Origin: Pedobacter sp. | GTDB taxonomy: Bacteria > Desulfobacterota > Desulfuromonadia > Desulfuromonadales > Syntrophotaleaceae | Direction: 5' to 3' | Length of the DNA: 64,000 bases | Assembly: GCA_050253415.1 (NCBI GenBank) | Contig: JBFWJC010000002.1 | Span: 448,625 to 512,624 of the forward strand | Part shown: piece after piece, positions 49,311 through 60,168 of the stretch | Numbering within the stretch: position 1 is the first letter of the stretch | Layout of the letters: every line of letters begins with the position of its first letter | Made by a program: the position numbers and the translations under genes | Notes under the pieces: generated by a model | Told to the model about the DNA's origin: nothing | What the model saw: only the letters and a program-made list of their open reading frames with translations | The model's database searches: none

Positions 49311-50378
49311 ATGAAATTTATCGATGAAGTAAAAATACATGTCAAGTCGGGCGACGGCGGTCGCGGTTGCCTTTCCTTCAGGCGCGAAAAATTCATACCG
49401 GACGGCGGTCCCGATGGCGGTGATGGCGGCCGTGGCGGGGACATTGTGCTGCGTGTGGACGAAGGCCTGGGCACTCTGCTCGATCTGCGCTATAAGAAGG
49501 AATACAAGGCTCAGCGCGGTGGGCATGGCATGGGTAAAAATCGACATGGTAAAAACGGTGAAGATCTGGAAATCAGGGTGCCGCCGGGTGTGCTGGTGTA
49601 CGACGCCGAAACGGGTGAGTTGCTGGCCGATCTAAAGTCGGGCGATCAGGACCTGGTCGTGGTGCGTGGCGGTATGGGAGGTCGCGGCAACGCACGGTTT
49701 GCTACATCCACCAACCGTGCTCCCCGGCATGTGCAGCCCGGCATCGAAGGCGAGGAACGCTGGTTGCGTCTGGAACTCAAGCTGCTGGCGGATGTCGGTC
49801 TGCTGGGCTTGCCGAATGCCGGTAAATCGACGCTGATCTCCGCCGTGTCTGCGGCGCGCCCCAAGATAGCCGACTATCCGTTTACGACCCTGGTGCCGAA
49901 CCTCGGGGTGGTGCGCTGTGGTGGTTTCAAGACCTTTGTCATGGCGGACATCCCGGGTCTGATCGAAGGTGCCAGCGAAGGTCACGGCCTTGGGACCCGT
50001 TTTTTACGACATGTGGAGCGGACCGATTTGTTTTTGCATCTGGTCGACCTGTCCGATCTGCAGGAAGGCGATCCCATGGAACGGTTTGCACTTATCAACC
50101 GTGAATTGGCCAGGCATAACGCCGAGTTGATGCGTAAACCGCAATTGGTGGTCCTTACCAAAATCGATATTCCGGAAGTGCGGGAGCGTCTGGATGCGGT
50201 GCGCGCTGCTTTTGCCGCCGATGGTATTCAGGCTCTGGCTATCTCAGCTGTCACCGGGGAAGGGCTCAAGGAACTGGTGGCCGAAGTGGCCGATGCGCTG
50301 ACGAAATTGAGAGCGCCTGCACAGGATGCTGGCAAAGCGAAAGGCGAGGAAGAGCCCTGGCAGCCTGACCTGTCTTGA
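49311..50378 (+). CDS. obgE: GTPase ObgE
   Basis: [35 protein letters not shown]. Confidence 0.97.
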   Translation: MKFIDEVKIHVKSGDGGRGCLSFRREKFIPDGGPDGGDGGRGGDIVLRVDEGLGTLLDLRYKKEYKAQRGGHGMGKNRHGKNGEDLEIRVPPGVLVYDAETGELLADLKSGDQDLVVVRGGMGGRGNARFATSTNRAPRHVQPGIEGEERWLRLELKLLADVGLLGLPNAGKSTLISAVSAARPKIADYPFTTLVPNLGVVRCGGFKTFVMADIPGLIEGASEGHGLGTRFLRHVERTDLFLHLVDLSDLQEGDPMERFALINRELARHNAELMRKPQLVVLTKIDIPEVRERLDAVRAAFAADGIQALAISAVTGEGLKELVAEVADALTKLRAPAQDAGKAKGEEEPWQPDLS

Positions 50379-50404
50379 CAAGGAGCTTTTGGGATGGGTA
50401 AAAT
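50375..50404 (+). promoter_or_regulatory. candidate sigma70 promoter for proBA
   Basis: TTGACA-18 bp-TAAAAT. Confidence 0.5.
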
Positions 50405-50526
50405 CCCAGCTCTTTTTCTGTAATTTTATGAAGTTTCAGCCCACTTCGGTTCTATAAGTAGAGGCATTCTGACCATCGATACCGACTCTTCCGGTCAGAC
50501 AAGCCTGTTCGGGGAAGTGAAATACT

Positions 50527-51648
50527 ATGCGCAAGGACCTTCTGTCCCAGGTTAAACGGATAGTGATCAAGGTTGGCAGCGGGGTGATTTTCGGCCAAAA
50601 CGGCCTCGACCTCGAGGTGATCGGCGCTCTGGCCCAGGATATCTGCGAGCTGCTTTCCCATGGCTACGAAGTTGTTCTGGTTTCCTCCGGGGCCGTGGCA
50701 ACGGGGAAAGGGGAGCTTGGCATTGTCGGCCGGCCGCAGACCATTCCACTTAAACAGGCGGCCGCTGCTATTGGTCAGAGTCGCCTCATGCGTGCCTGGA
50801 AAGATGCTTTTCGACCGTGCGGGCGCTGCGTGGCGCAGATCCTGCTGACGCGGGACGACCTTGCCAACCGCCGTCGCTTTCTTAATGCACGCAACACCTT
50901 GATGACGCTGCTCGAGTACGGGGTGGTGCCGATCATTAATGAAAACGACACTGTCGTGGTCGAGGAAATACGGTTCGGCGATAACGATAACCTTTCCGCC
51001 TTGACGACTTCGCTGACTGAAGCCGATCTGCTGGTGATTTTATCGGATGTGGATGGCCTGTACGACAGCAACCCCAAAACCAATCCTGCCGCCAAACGGT
51101 TTTCGGTGGTAGAAAGCATCACCGAGGATATTGAAAAAATGGCCGGTGGTGCCGGTTCGGTGGTCGGTACCGGGGGGATGGCCACCAAGGTCGAGGCCGC
51201 CAAGCGGGCGACACTGTATGGCGTTGGTACGATTATCGTCGACGGACGCAAAGCCGGCGTGTTGCCAAAGGTTATGGCGGGGGAGGAACTGGGGACTTTT
51301 TTTCTTCCGGTTCATCAGCACTTGACGGCCCGCAAGCATTGGATTTCCTTCAGTAAGTCCTGTCGTGGCAAGGTTCTGGTCGATGATGGGGCGCGTCACG
51401 CCGTTGAAGAAATGGGGAAAAGCCTGTTGCCTTCGGGAGTTTTCGCCATTGAGGGGAAATTCGAACGAGGCGACGCGGTGCATATCTGTGATACCGAAGG
51501 CCGCGCATTTGCCAAAGGAATTGCCAGCTACTCACAGCAGGAGCTTGAGCGTATTCTGGGGCGTAACTCGTCGGAGATCGAGGCGATTCTCGGTTATAAA
51601 TACGGAGACGAAGTGATTCATCGCGACAATCTGGTCGTAAATAAATGA
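50527..51648 (+). CDS. proB: glutamate 5-kinase
   Basis: VIKVGS, INENDTV, FGDND.LSA, GTGGM.TK, C-terminal PUA domain. Confidence 0.96.
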   Translation: MRKDLLSQVKRIVIKVGSGVIFGQNGLDLEVIGALAQDICELLSHGYEVVLVSSGAVATGKGELGIVGRPQTIPLKQAAAAIGQSRLMRAWKDAFRPCGRCVAQILLTRDDLANRRRFLNARNTLMTLLEYGVVPIINENDTVVVEEIRFGDNDNLSALTTSLTEADLLVILSDVDGLYDSNPKTNPAAKRFSVVESITEDIEKMAGGAGSVVGTGGMATKVEAAKRATLYGVGTIIVDGRKAGVLPKVMAGEELGTFFLPVHQHLTARKHWISFSKSCRGKVLVDDGARHAVEEMGKSLLPSGVFAIEGKFERGDAVHICDTEGRAFAKGIASYSQQELERILGRNSSEIEAILGYKYGDEVIHRDNLVVNK

Positions 51649-51697
51649 CCCTGCAAGCCTGTTTTTGCAGGCCGCATGATTTTTACAGGAGACACTG

Positions 51698-52954
51698 ATG
51701 ACGCTACAGGACGAAATAAAGCTATTGGCAAAAGAAGCCAGGGATGCCTCTCGGACTCTGGCCCAGGTGCAGACAACGGTTAAAAACGCGTTGTTGCGGG
51801 GCATGGCGGATGCGCTGGTAGCGGCCAGTGCCGACCTGATGGCGGCCAATGCCTTGGACCTGCAGGCCGGCCGCGAAAAAGGCTTGTCCGATGCCATGCT
51901 CGACCGTTTGCGGTTGGACGAGGCTCGCATTGGCGGCATGGCGGACGGACTGCGCGAAGTCGCGGAGTTGCCCGATCCGGTGGGGGAAGTGACCGGCATG
52001 TGGCGTCGTCCCAACGGCATTCAGGTGGGGCGCATGCGCATACCTCTGGGAGTCATCGGCATCATATACGAATCACGTCCCAATGTTACAGCCGATGCCG
52101 CCGGCCTGTGTCTTAAAAGCGGCAACGCTGTCGTGTTGCGCGGTGGTTCCGAAGCCATCCATTCCAACCGTGCCATCGCTGAAGTGCTTAAACGCGAATT
52201 GGCGGCCAAAGGGTTGCCTTCCGGTGCGTTGCAACTGGTTGGAACCACGGATCGGGCGGCTGTGACCGAACTGCTCAAGCAGGAAGACTATATCGACCTG
52301 ATTATCCCGCGCGGCGGTGAAGGCCTGATCCGGTTTGTCAGCGAACATTCGCGCATTCCGGTCATCAAACACTATAAGGGCGTTTGTCATACCTTCGTCG
52401 ATGCCAGCGCCGATTTCGATATGGCGGAAAAAATCTGCATCAATGCCAAGGTGCAACGTCCCGGCGTGTGCAATGCCATGGAAACGCTGTTGATCCACAG
52501 GGACGTGGCCGCTGAGTTTGTACCGCGTATAGCGCGTGTGTTGGGTGAACTGGGGGTTGAACTGCGAGGATGCACCGAAACCTGCGCTCTGGCACCGGGT
52601 ATCAAGCCGGCGGTGGAGGAAGACTGGGGCGCGGAATATCTGGATCTGATCCTGGCGGTCAAGGTGGTGGGCAGTCTGGATGAGGCGATCGCACATATTC
52701 AGCAATACAGTTCGCTGCATACGGAGGTCATCGTGACCCGTGATTACCCCAACTCGCAGCGCTTTTTGCGTGAAATTAATTCCAGTGTGGTGATGGTCAA
52801 CGCCTCATCGCGGTTTTCCGACGGTCAGCAGTTCGGACTGGGGGCGGAGATCGGCATTTCCACCACCAAGCTGCACTCTTTTGGCCCCATGGGCCTGGAA
52901 GACCTCACGACCCGCAAGTTCATTGTGTTTGGTGAAGGGCAGGTCCGGGAATAA
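51698..52954 (+). CDS. proA: gamma-glutamyl phosphate reductase
   Basis: [35 protein letters not shown]. Confidence 0.96.
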   Translation: MTLQDEIKLLAKEARDASRTLAQVQTTVKNALLRGMADALVAASADLMAANALDLQAGREKGLSDAMLDRLRLDEARIGGMADGLREVAELPDPVGEVTGMWRRPNGIQVGRMRIPLGVIGIIYESRPNVTADAAGLCLKSGNAVVLRGGSEAIHSNRAIAEVLKRELAAKGLPSGALQLVGTTDRAAVTELLKQEDYIDLIIPRGGEGLIRFVSEHSRIPVIKHYKGVCHTFVDASADFDMAEKICINAKVQRPGVCNAMETLLIHRDVAAEFVPRIARVLGELGVELRGCTETCALAPGIKPAVEEDWGAEYLDLILAVKVVGSLDEAIAHIQQYSSLHTEVIVTRDYPNSQRFLREINSSVVMVNASSRFSDGQQFGLGAEIGISTTKLHSFGPMGLEDLTTRKFIVFGEGQVRE

Positions 52955-53082
52955 CGATTCGCCGAAGAACGATACGCAAACCTAAATGGTTTTCTCCGTG
53001 GTCTCTGCGGTGTTTAGACCGTATCGTATGATTTCATCAAAAATACCGGTGACAGCGTCTGGTCGCGGGAAGTGGATAAACC

Positions 53083-53739
53083 ATGAAACTCGGCATCCTC
53101 GGGGGGACATTTAACCCCATCCATACGGCGCATCTGCGTATCGCCGAGGAGGTGCGGGAACGCTGCGGTCTGGACCGGATAATGTTCATACCGGCCGCCA
53201 CACCGCCCCACAAGGAACTGGCCGGAGATATCCCGTTTGCCGACCGGTATGCCATGGTGAAGACCGCCATCGCCGACAATCCGGATTTCATGGTCAGCGA
53301 TCTGGAAAGTCGGCGATCGGGCAAGAGTTACTCGGTTAAGACCCTGGAGCTTTTGCATCAGGAGTATCCCGGGACTGAGTTTTACTTTATCATCGGCATG
53401 GATTCCTATCGGTCCCTCGGTATCTGGAAGGATTTTCCGCGGCTGTTCACGTTAACCAACCTGGTGGTGGCGGCCCGGCCCGGTAGCCCGTGTGAAGATC
53501 CTCTGGGTTTGCTGCCCGTTGTCATACAGCAGCAGTTCTGTTACGATGAAAACGCTCACATGCTACGCCACCAGAGCGGGCATGTGGTTATATTTATGGA
53601 AGAAACATTTCTCGATATTTCCTCGACGCATATTCGGCAACTGGTGGCTGACGGACGTTCTATCCGTTATTTGGTACCGGCCGGTGTCGAACACTATATT
53701 TACCAGCACGGTTTATACCGTAGTCAAGAAAGGTCCTAA
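53083..53739 (+). CDS. nadD: nicotinate-nucleotide adenylyltransferase
   Basis: GGTFNPIH.AH, FIIGMDS, ISST.IR. Confidence 0.95.
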   Translation: MKLGILGGTFNPIHTAHLRIAEEVRERCGLDRIMFIPAATPPHKELAGDIPFADRYAMVKTAIADNPDFMVSDLESRRSGKSYSVKTLELLHQEYPGTEFYFIIGMDSYRSLGIWKDFPRLFTLTNLVVAARPGSPCEDPLGLLPVVIQQQFCYDENAHMLRHQSGHVVIFMEETFLDISSTHIRQLVADGRSIRYLVPAGVEHYIYQHGLYRSQERS

Positions 53740-53743
53740 AATT

Positions 53744-54103
53744 TTGCAAGCTAAACAACAAGCGCTGCTGTGCGCATCGTATGCACTGGATAAAAAAGCC
53801 ATCGACGTTCGATTGTTGAACGTTACCGGTCTGTCGACCCTGACCGACTTTCTGCTGATTGTTTCGGGTGGGTCCGACCGCCAGGTGCAGGCCATTACCG
53901 AATCGATCGAACTCGGTATGAAGAAGGAACATGGCATCCTGCCGCTGGCTATCGAAGGCAAGCAGGAGGGACGCTGGGTGTTGCTCGATTACGGTGACGT
54001 GATGGTGCATGTCTTTCAGCAACCGGTTCGCCAGTACTACGATCTGGAAGGGTTGTGGATCGAGGCGCCCGAAGTCTCCATTGAGGAGATCGAGGAGGCA
54101 TGA
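53744..54103 (+). CDS. rsfS: ribosome silencing factor
   Basis: DKKA.D, WVLLDYGDVMVHVF...R.YYDLEGLW; TTG start inferred. Confidence 0.9.
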   Translation: MQAKQQALLCASYALDKKAIDVRLLNVTGLSTLTDFLLIVSGGSDRQVQAITESIELGMKKEHGILPLAIEGKQEGRWVLLDYGDVMVHVFQQPVRQYYDLEGLWIEAPEVSIEEIEEA

Positions 54104-54570
54104 AGCTCTGCCTGCTTTGCGTCGGACGTCTCTCCATCAAGTATCTGCGTGAGGGGGCTGCCGATTTCGAGGCGAGGATTCAGCGCTATATGCCTCTGCG
54201 GATTGTGGAGCTAAAAGAAGAAAAGGGCGGCAAAAGCGATCCGGATTTTATCCGTCGCCAGGAAGGCCGCCGCATTCTTGATAAAATTCCCGACGGGGCA
54301 TTCGTTGTTGCCCTAGACGAAAAGGGGCGGTCCCTTTCATCCGAAGGACTGGCCGCATTGCTCGAACAGCATATGCTGCAGTCTACCGCGGAATTGACGC
54401 TGGTTATCGGCGGCGCTTATGGGCTCTGCGAAGAGGTGAAAAAGCGCGCTGACCTGCAGCTTTCCCTCTCGGAGATGACCTTGACCCACCAGATGGCCCG
54501 CCTGTTGTTGCTGGAGCAGCTTTATCGTGGCTTTACTATTGTGAGAAACGAACCGTATCATAACCGTTGA
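54100..54570 (+). CDS. rlmH: 23S rRNA pseudouridine-1915 N3-methyltransferase
   Basis: LDEKG..LSS, IGGAYG, LS.MTL.HQ.ARL.LLEQLYR, EPYH. Confidence 0.95.
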   Translation: MKLCLLCVGRLSIKYLREGAADFEARIQRYMPLRIVELKEEKGGKSDPDFIRRQEGRRILDKIPDGAFVVALDEKGRSLSSEGLAALLEQHMLQSTAELTLVIGGAYGLCEEVKKRADLQLSLSEMTLTHQMARLLLLEQLYRGFTIVRNEPYHNR

Positions 54571-54629
54571 CATTTTGTCCGACCGTCGGCTCAGGCTTCC
54601 CGGCAGTAGAGGTGAAGGAGGAGAAAATC

Positions 54630-55985
54630 ATGATTCTCATGGCATTTGTTTTTCTATTGCTGGTCATTTTCTTTTTGTTTTTTTATATCCTCAATCCCCA
54701 GACGGTCGCGGTATTTTACTGGTTCGGCAATGAAGTTTCCACTTCGTTGGCTCTGGTGGTTGCCTGCGCGGTCCTGTCAGGTCTGATCGTCGGTTATGTG
54801 TTGTATATTTATGGCGCGACAGGTCATCTGCTGCGCGACTGGCGTCGCAAGCGCGAGGAAAAACGCAATCGCAGTGTCATGGATCTTTATCGCCAAGGCA
54901 TGGGACGCCTGGTGTCGGGTGATTTGAAAAAGGCTCGGCGATTATTGCTCAAAGCCAACTCGCAGGACGGCGGGCAAGTTGATGTGCTGTTGGCCATGGC
55001 GCGGGTTTGCCGGGCCGAAGGCCAGATAACCGAAGCCCTGGAAAATCTGCTGCGGGCTCGCAAGTTGTCCTCCGACAGCTTGCAGGTCATGTTTTTGCTG
55101 GCAGACACTTATCTTGAGGCAGAGAAGTCGGATGAAACGGTGTCCATCTATCGCGCGATCCTTGCGGTAGAGCCCGATAATCTTGAAGCTTTGCGTCGTT
55201 TGCGGGATCTGCATATCCGGGGCGAACTCTGGAACGAGGCTCTCGATCTGCAAAAACGTCTGAATAAAAAGCTTGGCGGCACACCTGGCAGCGAGGACCT
55301 GCGGATTCAGTCCGGCCTGCGGCTGGAAACAGCTCGCGTGGCCTTGGAAGCCGGTCGCGGTGAATCCGCCACGTCGGATCTCAAATCCCTGGTTAAGGAG
55401 CAGCCTGAATTCGTCCCGGCTCGCGTTTTGCTGGGAGATGCCTACGATGTTGCCGGTCGCTCCAATGACGCAGCCGGGGTCTGGCAGGAAGGCTACCGAC
55501 GTTTTGGCGATGCCGTCTTTCTGGCACGATTGGAGGATCTGGCCATGGCCAATGAAGATCCTGCGGAGTTGCTCGATTTTTTCCGTACCACTGCCCTTAA
55601 CCGTCCCGATGACCTGTTGTTGAGACTGTATTACGGTAAGTTTTGCCTGCGCCTGGAGATGGTCGAAGAAGCTCTCGAACAGTTGTCGGAGATTGAAAAA
55701 GCAGGCGCCGACTTCCCGCAAATGCATCTGTTGCTGGCCGAGGCTCATGTACGTCGCCGCCGCCTTGATGAGGCGGTTAAGGAATTTCGCAAGGTTGCCA
55801 ATTTTGATGGCCGCGCCAATTTCGGTTATGTGTGCGATGTCTGCAAGACCGCCTCAATGGAATGGAACGGGCGTTGCGAATCCTGCGGCACCTGGAGCAG
55901 TTGTCGCCTCGCCGGGCATGAGTTGATCAAAACCCCGCCAGCGAGCGAATTGCGGGAAATTCACCACGGGGAGCAAAGCGCATGA
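54630..55985 (+). CDS. LapA-like membrane domain fused to LapB-like TPR/rubredoxin-type protein
   Basis: two N-terminal TMs with NPQ.V.V motif, TPR-like helices, C-terminal Y.CDVC...W..RCESC..W. Confidence 0.75.
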   Translation: MILMAFVFLLLVIFFLFFYILNPQTVAVFYWFGNEVSTSLALVVACAVLSGLIVGYVLYIYGATGHLLRDWRRKREEKRNRSVMDLYRQGMGRLVSGDLKKARRLLLKANSQDGGQVDVLLAMARVCRAEGQITEALENLLRARKLSSDSLQVMFLLADTYLEAEKSDETVSIYRAILAVEPDNLEALRRLRDLHIRGELWNEALDLQKRLNKKLGGTPGSEDLRIQSGLRLETARVALEAGRGESATSDLKSLVKEQPEFVPARVLLGDAYDVAGRSNDAAGVWQEGYRRFGDAVFLARLEDLAMANEDPAELLDFFRTTALNRPDDLLLRLYYGKFCLRLEMVEEALEQLSEIEKAGADFPQMHLLLAEAHVRRRRLDEAVKEFRKVANFDGRANFGYVCDVCKTASMEWNGRCESCGTWSSCRLAGHELIKTPPASELREIHHGEQSA

Positions 55986-57523
55986 CACAGGGTATCCGTC
56001 GCCCGGTGACTCTGGTCATTCTGGATGGTTGGGGCATTAATCCCGTTTGCGAGCATAACGCCGTATGCCTTGCGGACACGCCGCATCTGCACGCGTTGCT
56101 GCGCGATTGGCCCCATGCACGTATCGGTGCATCCGGTCTGGACGTGGGGCTGCCGGACGGGCAGATGGGTAATTCGGAGGTTGGCCATCTCAATATCGGC
56201 GCCGGTCGGATCGTTTATCAGGACCTGACCCGCATCAGTCTCAGTATCGAAACGGGCGAGTTTTTCCAGAATGCCGAGCTGCTCAAGGTTATGCAGCAGA
56301 CTGTCGCCCGCGATGGTAAGCTGCACCTTATGGGATTGTTATCCGACGGTGGTGTGCATTCGCATAATTCCCATCTCTACGCACTGGTTGAAATGGCCAA
56401 AAAGGTGGGTGTGAAGCAGGTTTGTATCCACGCTTTTATGGATGGTCGCGACACGCCGCCACAAAGTGGTGCCGGTTATCTGGCGCAACTCGAAGAAAAG
56501 TTGCAGCACATCGGACTCGGCCAGGTGGCGACGGTCATCGGGCGTTACTGGGCCATGGACCGGGATAATCGCTGGGATCGGGTTGAACGGGCGTATAGGA
56601 CCATGACCGAGGGGATTGGCGCTCGTTTTTCCAGCAGTGCCGATGCGATTGCCGATGCCTATGCCCAGGGGCAGACCGACGAATTCGTCGACCCCCGTAT
56701 TGTCTGCAGCGAAGTTCCCCATACGGTGGTGGATGGCGACGGGATGATTTTTTTCAACTTCCGCGCCGATCGGGCCCGGGAAATCACCCGCACCTTTACC
56801 GAGCATGCTTTTACCGGATTCAATCGTAACCAAACACCACGCCTGGCTGGTTATGTCTGTTTGACCGAATACGATGCCACCTTCGGCCTGCCCACGGCTT
56901 TTGCACCGGAATCCTATCCCGACCTGCTGGGAGAGGTGGTCTCCCGGGCTGGGCTGCGGCAATTGCGGATCGCCGAAACCGAAAAATACGCCCACGTCAC
57001 CTTCTTCTTTAACGGCGGCAGCGAAGAGCCGTTTGTCGGCGAAGACCGGGCGCTGATTCCGTCGCCCAAGGATGTCGCCACCTACGATCTCAAGCCCGAG
57101 ATGAGTGCCCCGGCTGTGACCGCTGCCATGCTTGACCGGGTAGCCTCCGGCGCGTACGATTTTATCGTTCTGAATTTTGCCAATCCTGACATGGTCGGGC
57201 ATACCGGGGTGGAGAGTGCCGCCATTGCCGCCATGGAAACCGTCGACGCTTGCGTCGATCAGGTGGTGAAGGCCGTCCTGGCCGCCGGCGGCAGCTTGCT
57301 GATTACTGCCGACCATGGCAATTGCGAACAGATGCTTGACGCAAACGGTACCCCTCATACCGCGCACACCTCCAATCCGGTGCCGGTGATTTTGATCGAT
57401 CCGGATCGCGCCGATGCGTCCTTGCGTGACGGCATCCTGGCTGACCTGGCTCCGACCCTGCTGGGCCTGATGGGGCTGGAAAAGCCTTCCGCCATGACCG
57501 GTCGCAGCCTGTTGGAGGGGTAA
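55982..57523 (+). CDS. gpmI: 2,3-bisphosphoglycerate-independent phosphoglycerate mutase
   Basis: [41 protein letters not shown]. Confidence 0.97.
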   Translation: MTQGIRRPVTLVILDGWGINPVCEHNAVCLADTPHLHALLRDWPHARIGASGLDVGLPDGQMGNSEVGHLNIGAGRIVYQDLTRISLSIETGEFFQNAELLKVMQQTVARDGKLHLMGLLSDGGVHSHNSHLYALVEMAKKVGVKQVCIHAFMDGRDTPPQSGAGYLAQLEEKLQHIGLGQVATVIGRYWAMDRDNRWDRVERAYRTMTEGIGARFSSSADAIADAYAQGQTDEFVDPRIVCSEVPHTVVDGDGMIFFNFRADRAREITRTFTEHAFTGFNRNQTPRLAGYVCLTEYDATFGLPTAFAPESYPDLLGEVVSRAGLRQLRIAETEKYAHVTFFFNGGSEEPFVGEDRALIPSPKDVATYDLKPEMSAPAVTAAMLDRVASGAYDFIVLNFANPDMVGHTGVESAAIAAMETVDACVDQVVKAVLAAGGSLLITADHGNCEQMLDANGTPHTAHTSNPVPVILIDPDRADASLRDGILADLAPTLLGLMGLEKPSAMTGRSLLEG

Positions 57524-57545
57524 CACGGTTTAATCGGAGGGGGAT

Positions 57546-58286
57546 GTGCTGTCCTGGCTACGCGCAGAACTGAGAGGTCTGTTTAATCTGCTGTTGCCGC
57601 CAAGTTGTCCACTATGTGGAGGCGCGTTGGGAGAGGGCACGTCATCCTCACTCTGCCCCGCTTGCCTGGCCGGGTTTCTTCCTCTGGAGAGTTCCCATTG
57701 TCCGCGCTGCGCTCTGCCTTATCCCCTGCCGTCCGGGAGTAATCATCTTTGCGAAGCATGTCTGCGATGCGAACCGCCCTTCGTTTATACGCGCTGCCTC
57801 GGTTTGTATGACGTCCGTTTGCGTGACGCGATCCAGCGCTTCAAATTCAATGGCGCGGTACATCTCGATCGACCGCTGGCTCGTCTGCTGGCGTCAAAAA
57901 TTCAGGATGTTTACAGTTCATTCCGACCGGACCTTCTGGTTGCCGTACCGCTGCACCGGCAACGTTTGAAAGCGCGCACCTATAATCAGTCGTTGCTGTT
58001 GGCGCGGGAATTGGGACGTTTGTGGCAATTGCCGGCACCGTCACGCCTGTTGCGACGGGTGCGGGCGACATTGCCGCAACAGGGACTGGCGGCGGAGGTG
58101 CGACGCACCCATCTGAAGGGGGCTTTTGCATTGAGTGACAGGCTCGATGGGGAACGGGTATTGCTGGTTGACGATGTGTTCACCACCGGGGCCACGGCGA
58201 GGGAATGCGCTGCAACCCTGCTGGCCGGTGGCGCTTCCCAGGTCGCGGTGGCGGTGCTGGCCCGTGCACGATTACGCAGGCCTTAG
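57546..58286 (+). CDS. comF: ComF family protein
   Basis: double zinc-ribbon cysteines, VPLH..R...R.YNQ, LVDDVFTTGAT. Confidence 0.88.
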   Translation: MLSWLRAELRGLFNLLLPPSCPLCGGALGEGTSSSLCPACLAGFLPLESSHCPRCALPYPLPSGSNHLCEACLRCEPPFVYTRCLGLYDVRLRDAIQRFKFNGAVHLDRPLARLLASKIQDVYSSFRPDLLVAVPLHRQRLKARTYNQSLLLARELGRLWQLPAPSRLLRRVRATLPQQGLAAEVRRTHLKGAFALSDRLDGERVLLVDDVFTTGATARECAATLLAGGASQVAVAVLARARLRRP

Positions 58287-58413
58287 GCCTTGAATGCTGT
58301 TGCCGTGCAATCACAATGCTGCAAATCAATTTTGGACCTGAGCCTGATTTAACGCTGCTTTCGGTGCGACGGTGCCCAGGGCCGAATTTGAAGATACGAA
58401 TCAATCCGGGAAC

Positions 58414-59091
58414 ATGGAAAAACGGATCAAGGACATTGTCTTGAAAGAAAAGCTGCTGTTTGTATGCAACCGACTTGCGGATCATTTCGGTCCGCTGCAC
58501 TGGTGGCCGGCCGATACCCCCTTCGAGGTGGTGATCGGCGCTTTTTTGACCCAGAACACTGCTTGGCGCAATGTCGAGCAGGCCATCACCGCCCTCAAGC
58601 AAGCTATTCCGTTGACACCGCAGGCCCTGTTCGATTTGCAACCTGAGCGTCTGGAGGAGTTGATCCGGCCGGCTGGTTTTTTCCGACAAAAGGCGCAGCG
58701 CCTGCAACTGTTTTCCGCCTATCTGCTGGAGCGACACCAGGGGGATCTGGAAGCCATGCTTGGCGGTGCGTTGCCGCAGGTGCGCCAGACTCTACTGTCC
58801 CTTAAAGGGGTCGGTCCGGAAACCGCCGATGCGATTTTACTGTATGCGGCGCAGCGACCCTCATTTGTGGTGGATGCCTACACGCGGCGTCTGTTAAAGC
58901 GTTTCGGCATAGTACGGGGTGACGAAAGCTACGCTGAGATTCGGGACTTGTTCATGGCTCATTTGCCGAACCAGGTCGATCTGTTCAACGAATATCATGC
59001 CTTGATCGTCGAGCAGTGCAAGACCTTCTGCCGTAAGCGTCCCCTGTGTGAGTCCTGTCCTCTAAGACCGCAATGCCCGGTTCTGCTCTGA
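58414..59091 (+). CDS. endonuclease III-related HhH-GPD protein
   Basis: WWPADTPFEV.IGA.LTQNT.W, GVGPETAD, CRKRPLCESCPL...C. Confidence 0.88.
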   Translation: MEKRIKDIVLKEKLLFVCNRLADHFGPLHWWPADTPFEVVIGAFLTQNTAWRNVEQAITALKQAIPLTPQALFDLQPERLEELIRPAGFFRQKAQRLQLFSAYLLERHQGDLEAMLGGALPQVRQTLLSLKGVGPETADAILLYAAQRPSFVVDAYTRRLLKRFGIVRGDESYAEIRDLFMAHLPNQVDLFNEYHALIVEQCKTFCRKRPLCESCPLRPQCPVLL

Positions 59092-60168
59092 CGATTGTTC
59101 CTGATCTGCGGCAACGTCCTTCGTTTGCATCGCCTGTATGATCAACCAGCCGATAACCGACAAACCGGCCAGCAGCACCAGGACGAAAAACAGCAGGGCG
59201 CCACTTTGCCACACCAGCGGTGTCTCTGCCAGACGCATATGTCCTGCCAGACTGGCATGCCGCACCATTTCACGCAACCCGCTCATAACGTACACCTGCA
59301 CCACTAGAAGACCTGTGCACAGCCTTGTCAAACCCTGCGCCGAGCACGCCAACAATGCCAACGCCAGACCTACGGCCATCACCAGAACCAGGGTGGCAGC
59401 CAGGTTGCCACCGAGCATGAGCCAACGGATCGGTTGCGGTAGTTGCCACAGGAACAGCATCCCCACCCCGATTTGCACCAAGGTCATCCGGCCAAACAGT
59501 CGCAGTCCCAATCTTTCCGCATAAGCTCCCAGGTGGGAGTTCTTCAGGCCCAGATAGCGTCCAGTCAGTGCAGTAAATAATCCACCGACGGCCAATGCTG
59601 CAACCATGAAATGCAGATAGCGCGGCCACAGTGTTGCATCCGCCAGATTAAGCAGCGTGCCGTCGTCCGCGTTAAAGTAGGCCTTCCAGCGCGGCAGGTT
59701 CAGCATCATTGTCTGATTGTTGGTAAAGATAAACGGCACAACCAGCAGTATGGCCACGATGGCAGCCAGTATAAGGGTGATGCGGGACTGCCGACGGTGC
59801 GCACCCCACTTCACCAGATAAAGTCCGGTGTAGGCCATGATCAACAGGGGAATGATGGCTAGCCAGAAGCGTCCCATCAGGCTGGACGCCGGGTAGAAGA
59901 ACTGGCCGTGCAGGGTTTGGGAAAACAGCAGGGAGGCAACCCCCAGATTTACCGCCAGTGCCATCAGCACCGGCAGGGTACCATATAAATGCGGCGCCAG
60001 TTCCCGGTCCATTAGGCCGCCGCGCCGACGGGTCCACAGCACCACGGCTGCGGTGCCGAGCAGACTGTTCATGGTCAGCAGGTGCAGAGGGAAAACCAAC
60101 AGCAAGAAAAGCTGGATCAGGGACCAGGCCGCTGGCAGGGTATCGGGCGAGGGAACAAGGGGGTTCAT
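59062..60168 (-). CDS. multi-TM protein, CydA-paralog-like partner of the upstream gene
   Basis: FPLHLL..N, AVNLGVA.LLF.Q, WPRYLHF, RE.VR; ATGA overlap with upstream gene. Confidence 0.65.
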   Translation of the reverse strand: MNPLVPSPDTLPAAWSLIQLFLLLVFPLHLLTMNSLLGTAAVVLWTRRRGGLMDRELAPHLYGTLPVLMALAVNLGVASLLFSQTLHGQFFYPASSLMGRFWLAIIPLLIMAYTGLYLVKWGAHRRQSRITLILAAIVAILLVVPFIFTNNQTMMLNLPRWKAYFNADDGTLLNLADATLWPRYLHFMVAALAVGGLFTALTGRYLGLKNSHLGAYAERLGLRLFGRMTLVQIGVGMLFLWQLPQPIRWLMLGGNLAATLVLVMAVGLALALLACSAQGLTRLCTGLLVVQVYVMSGLREMVRHASLAGHMRLAETPLVWQSGALLFFVLVLLAGLSVIGWLIIQAMQTKDVAADQEQSSEQNRALRS

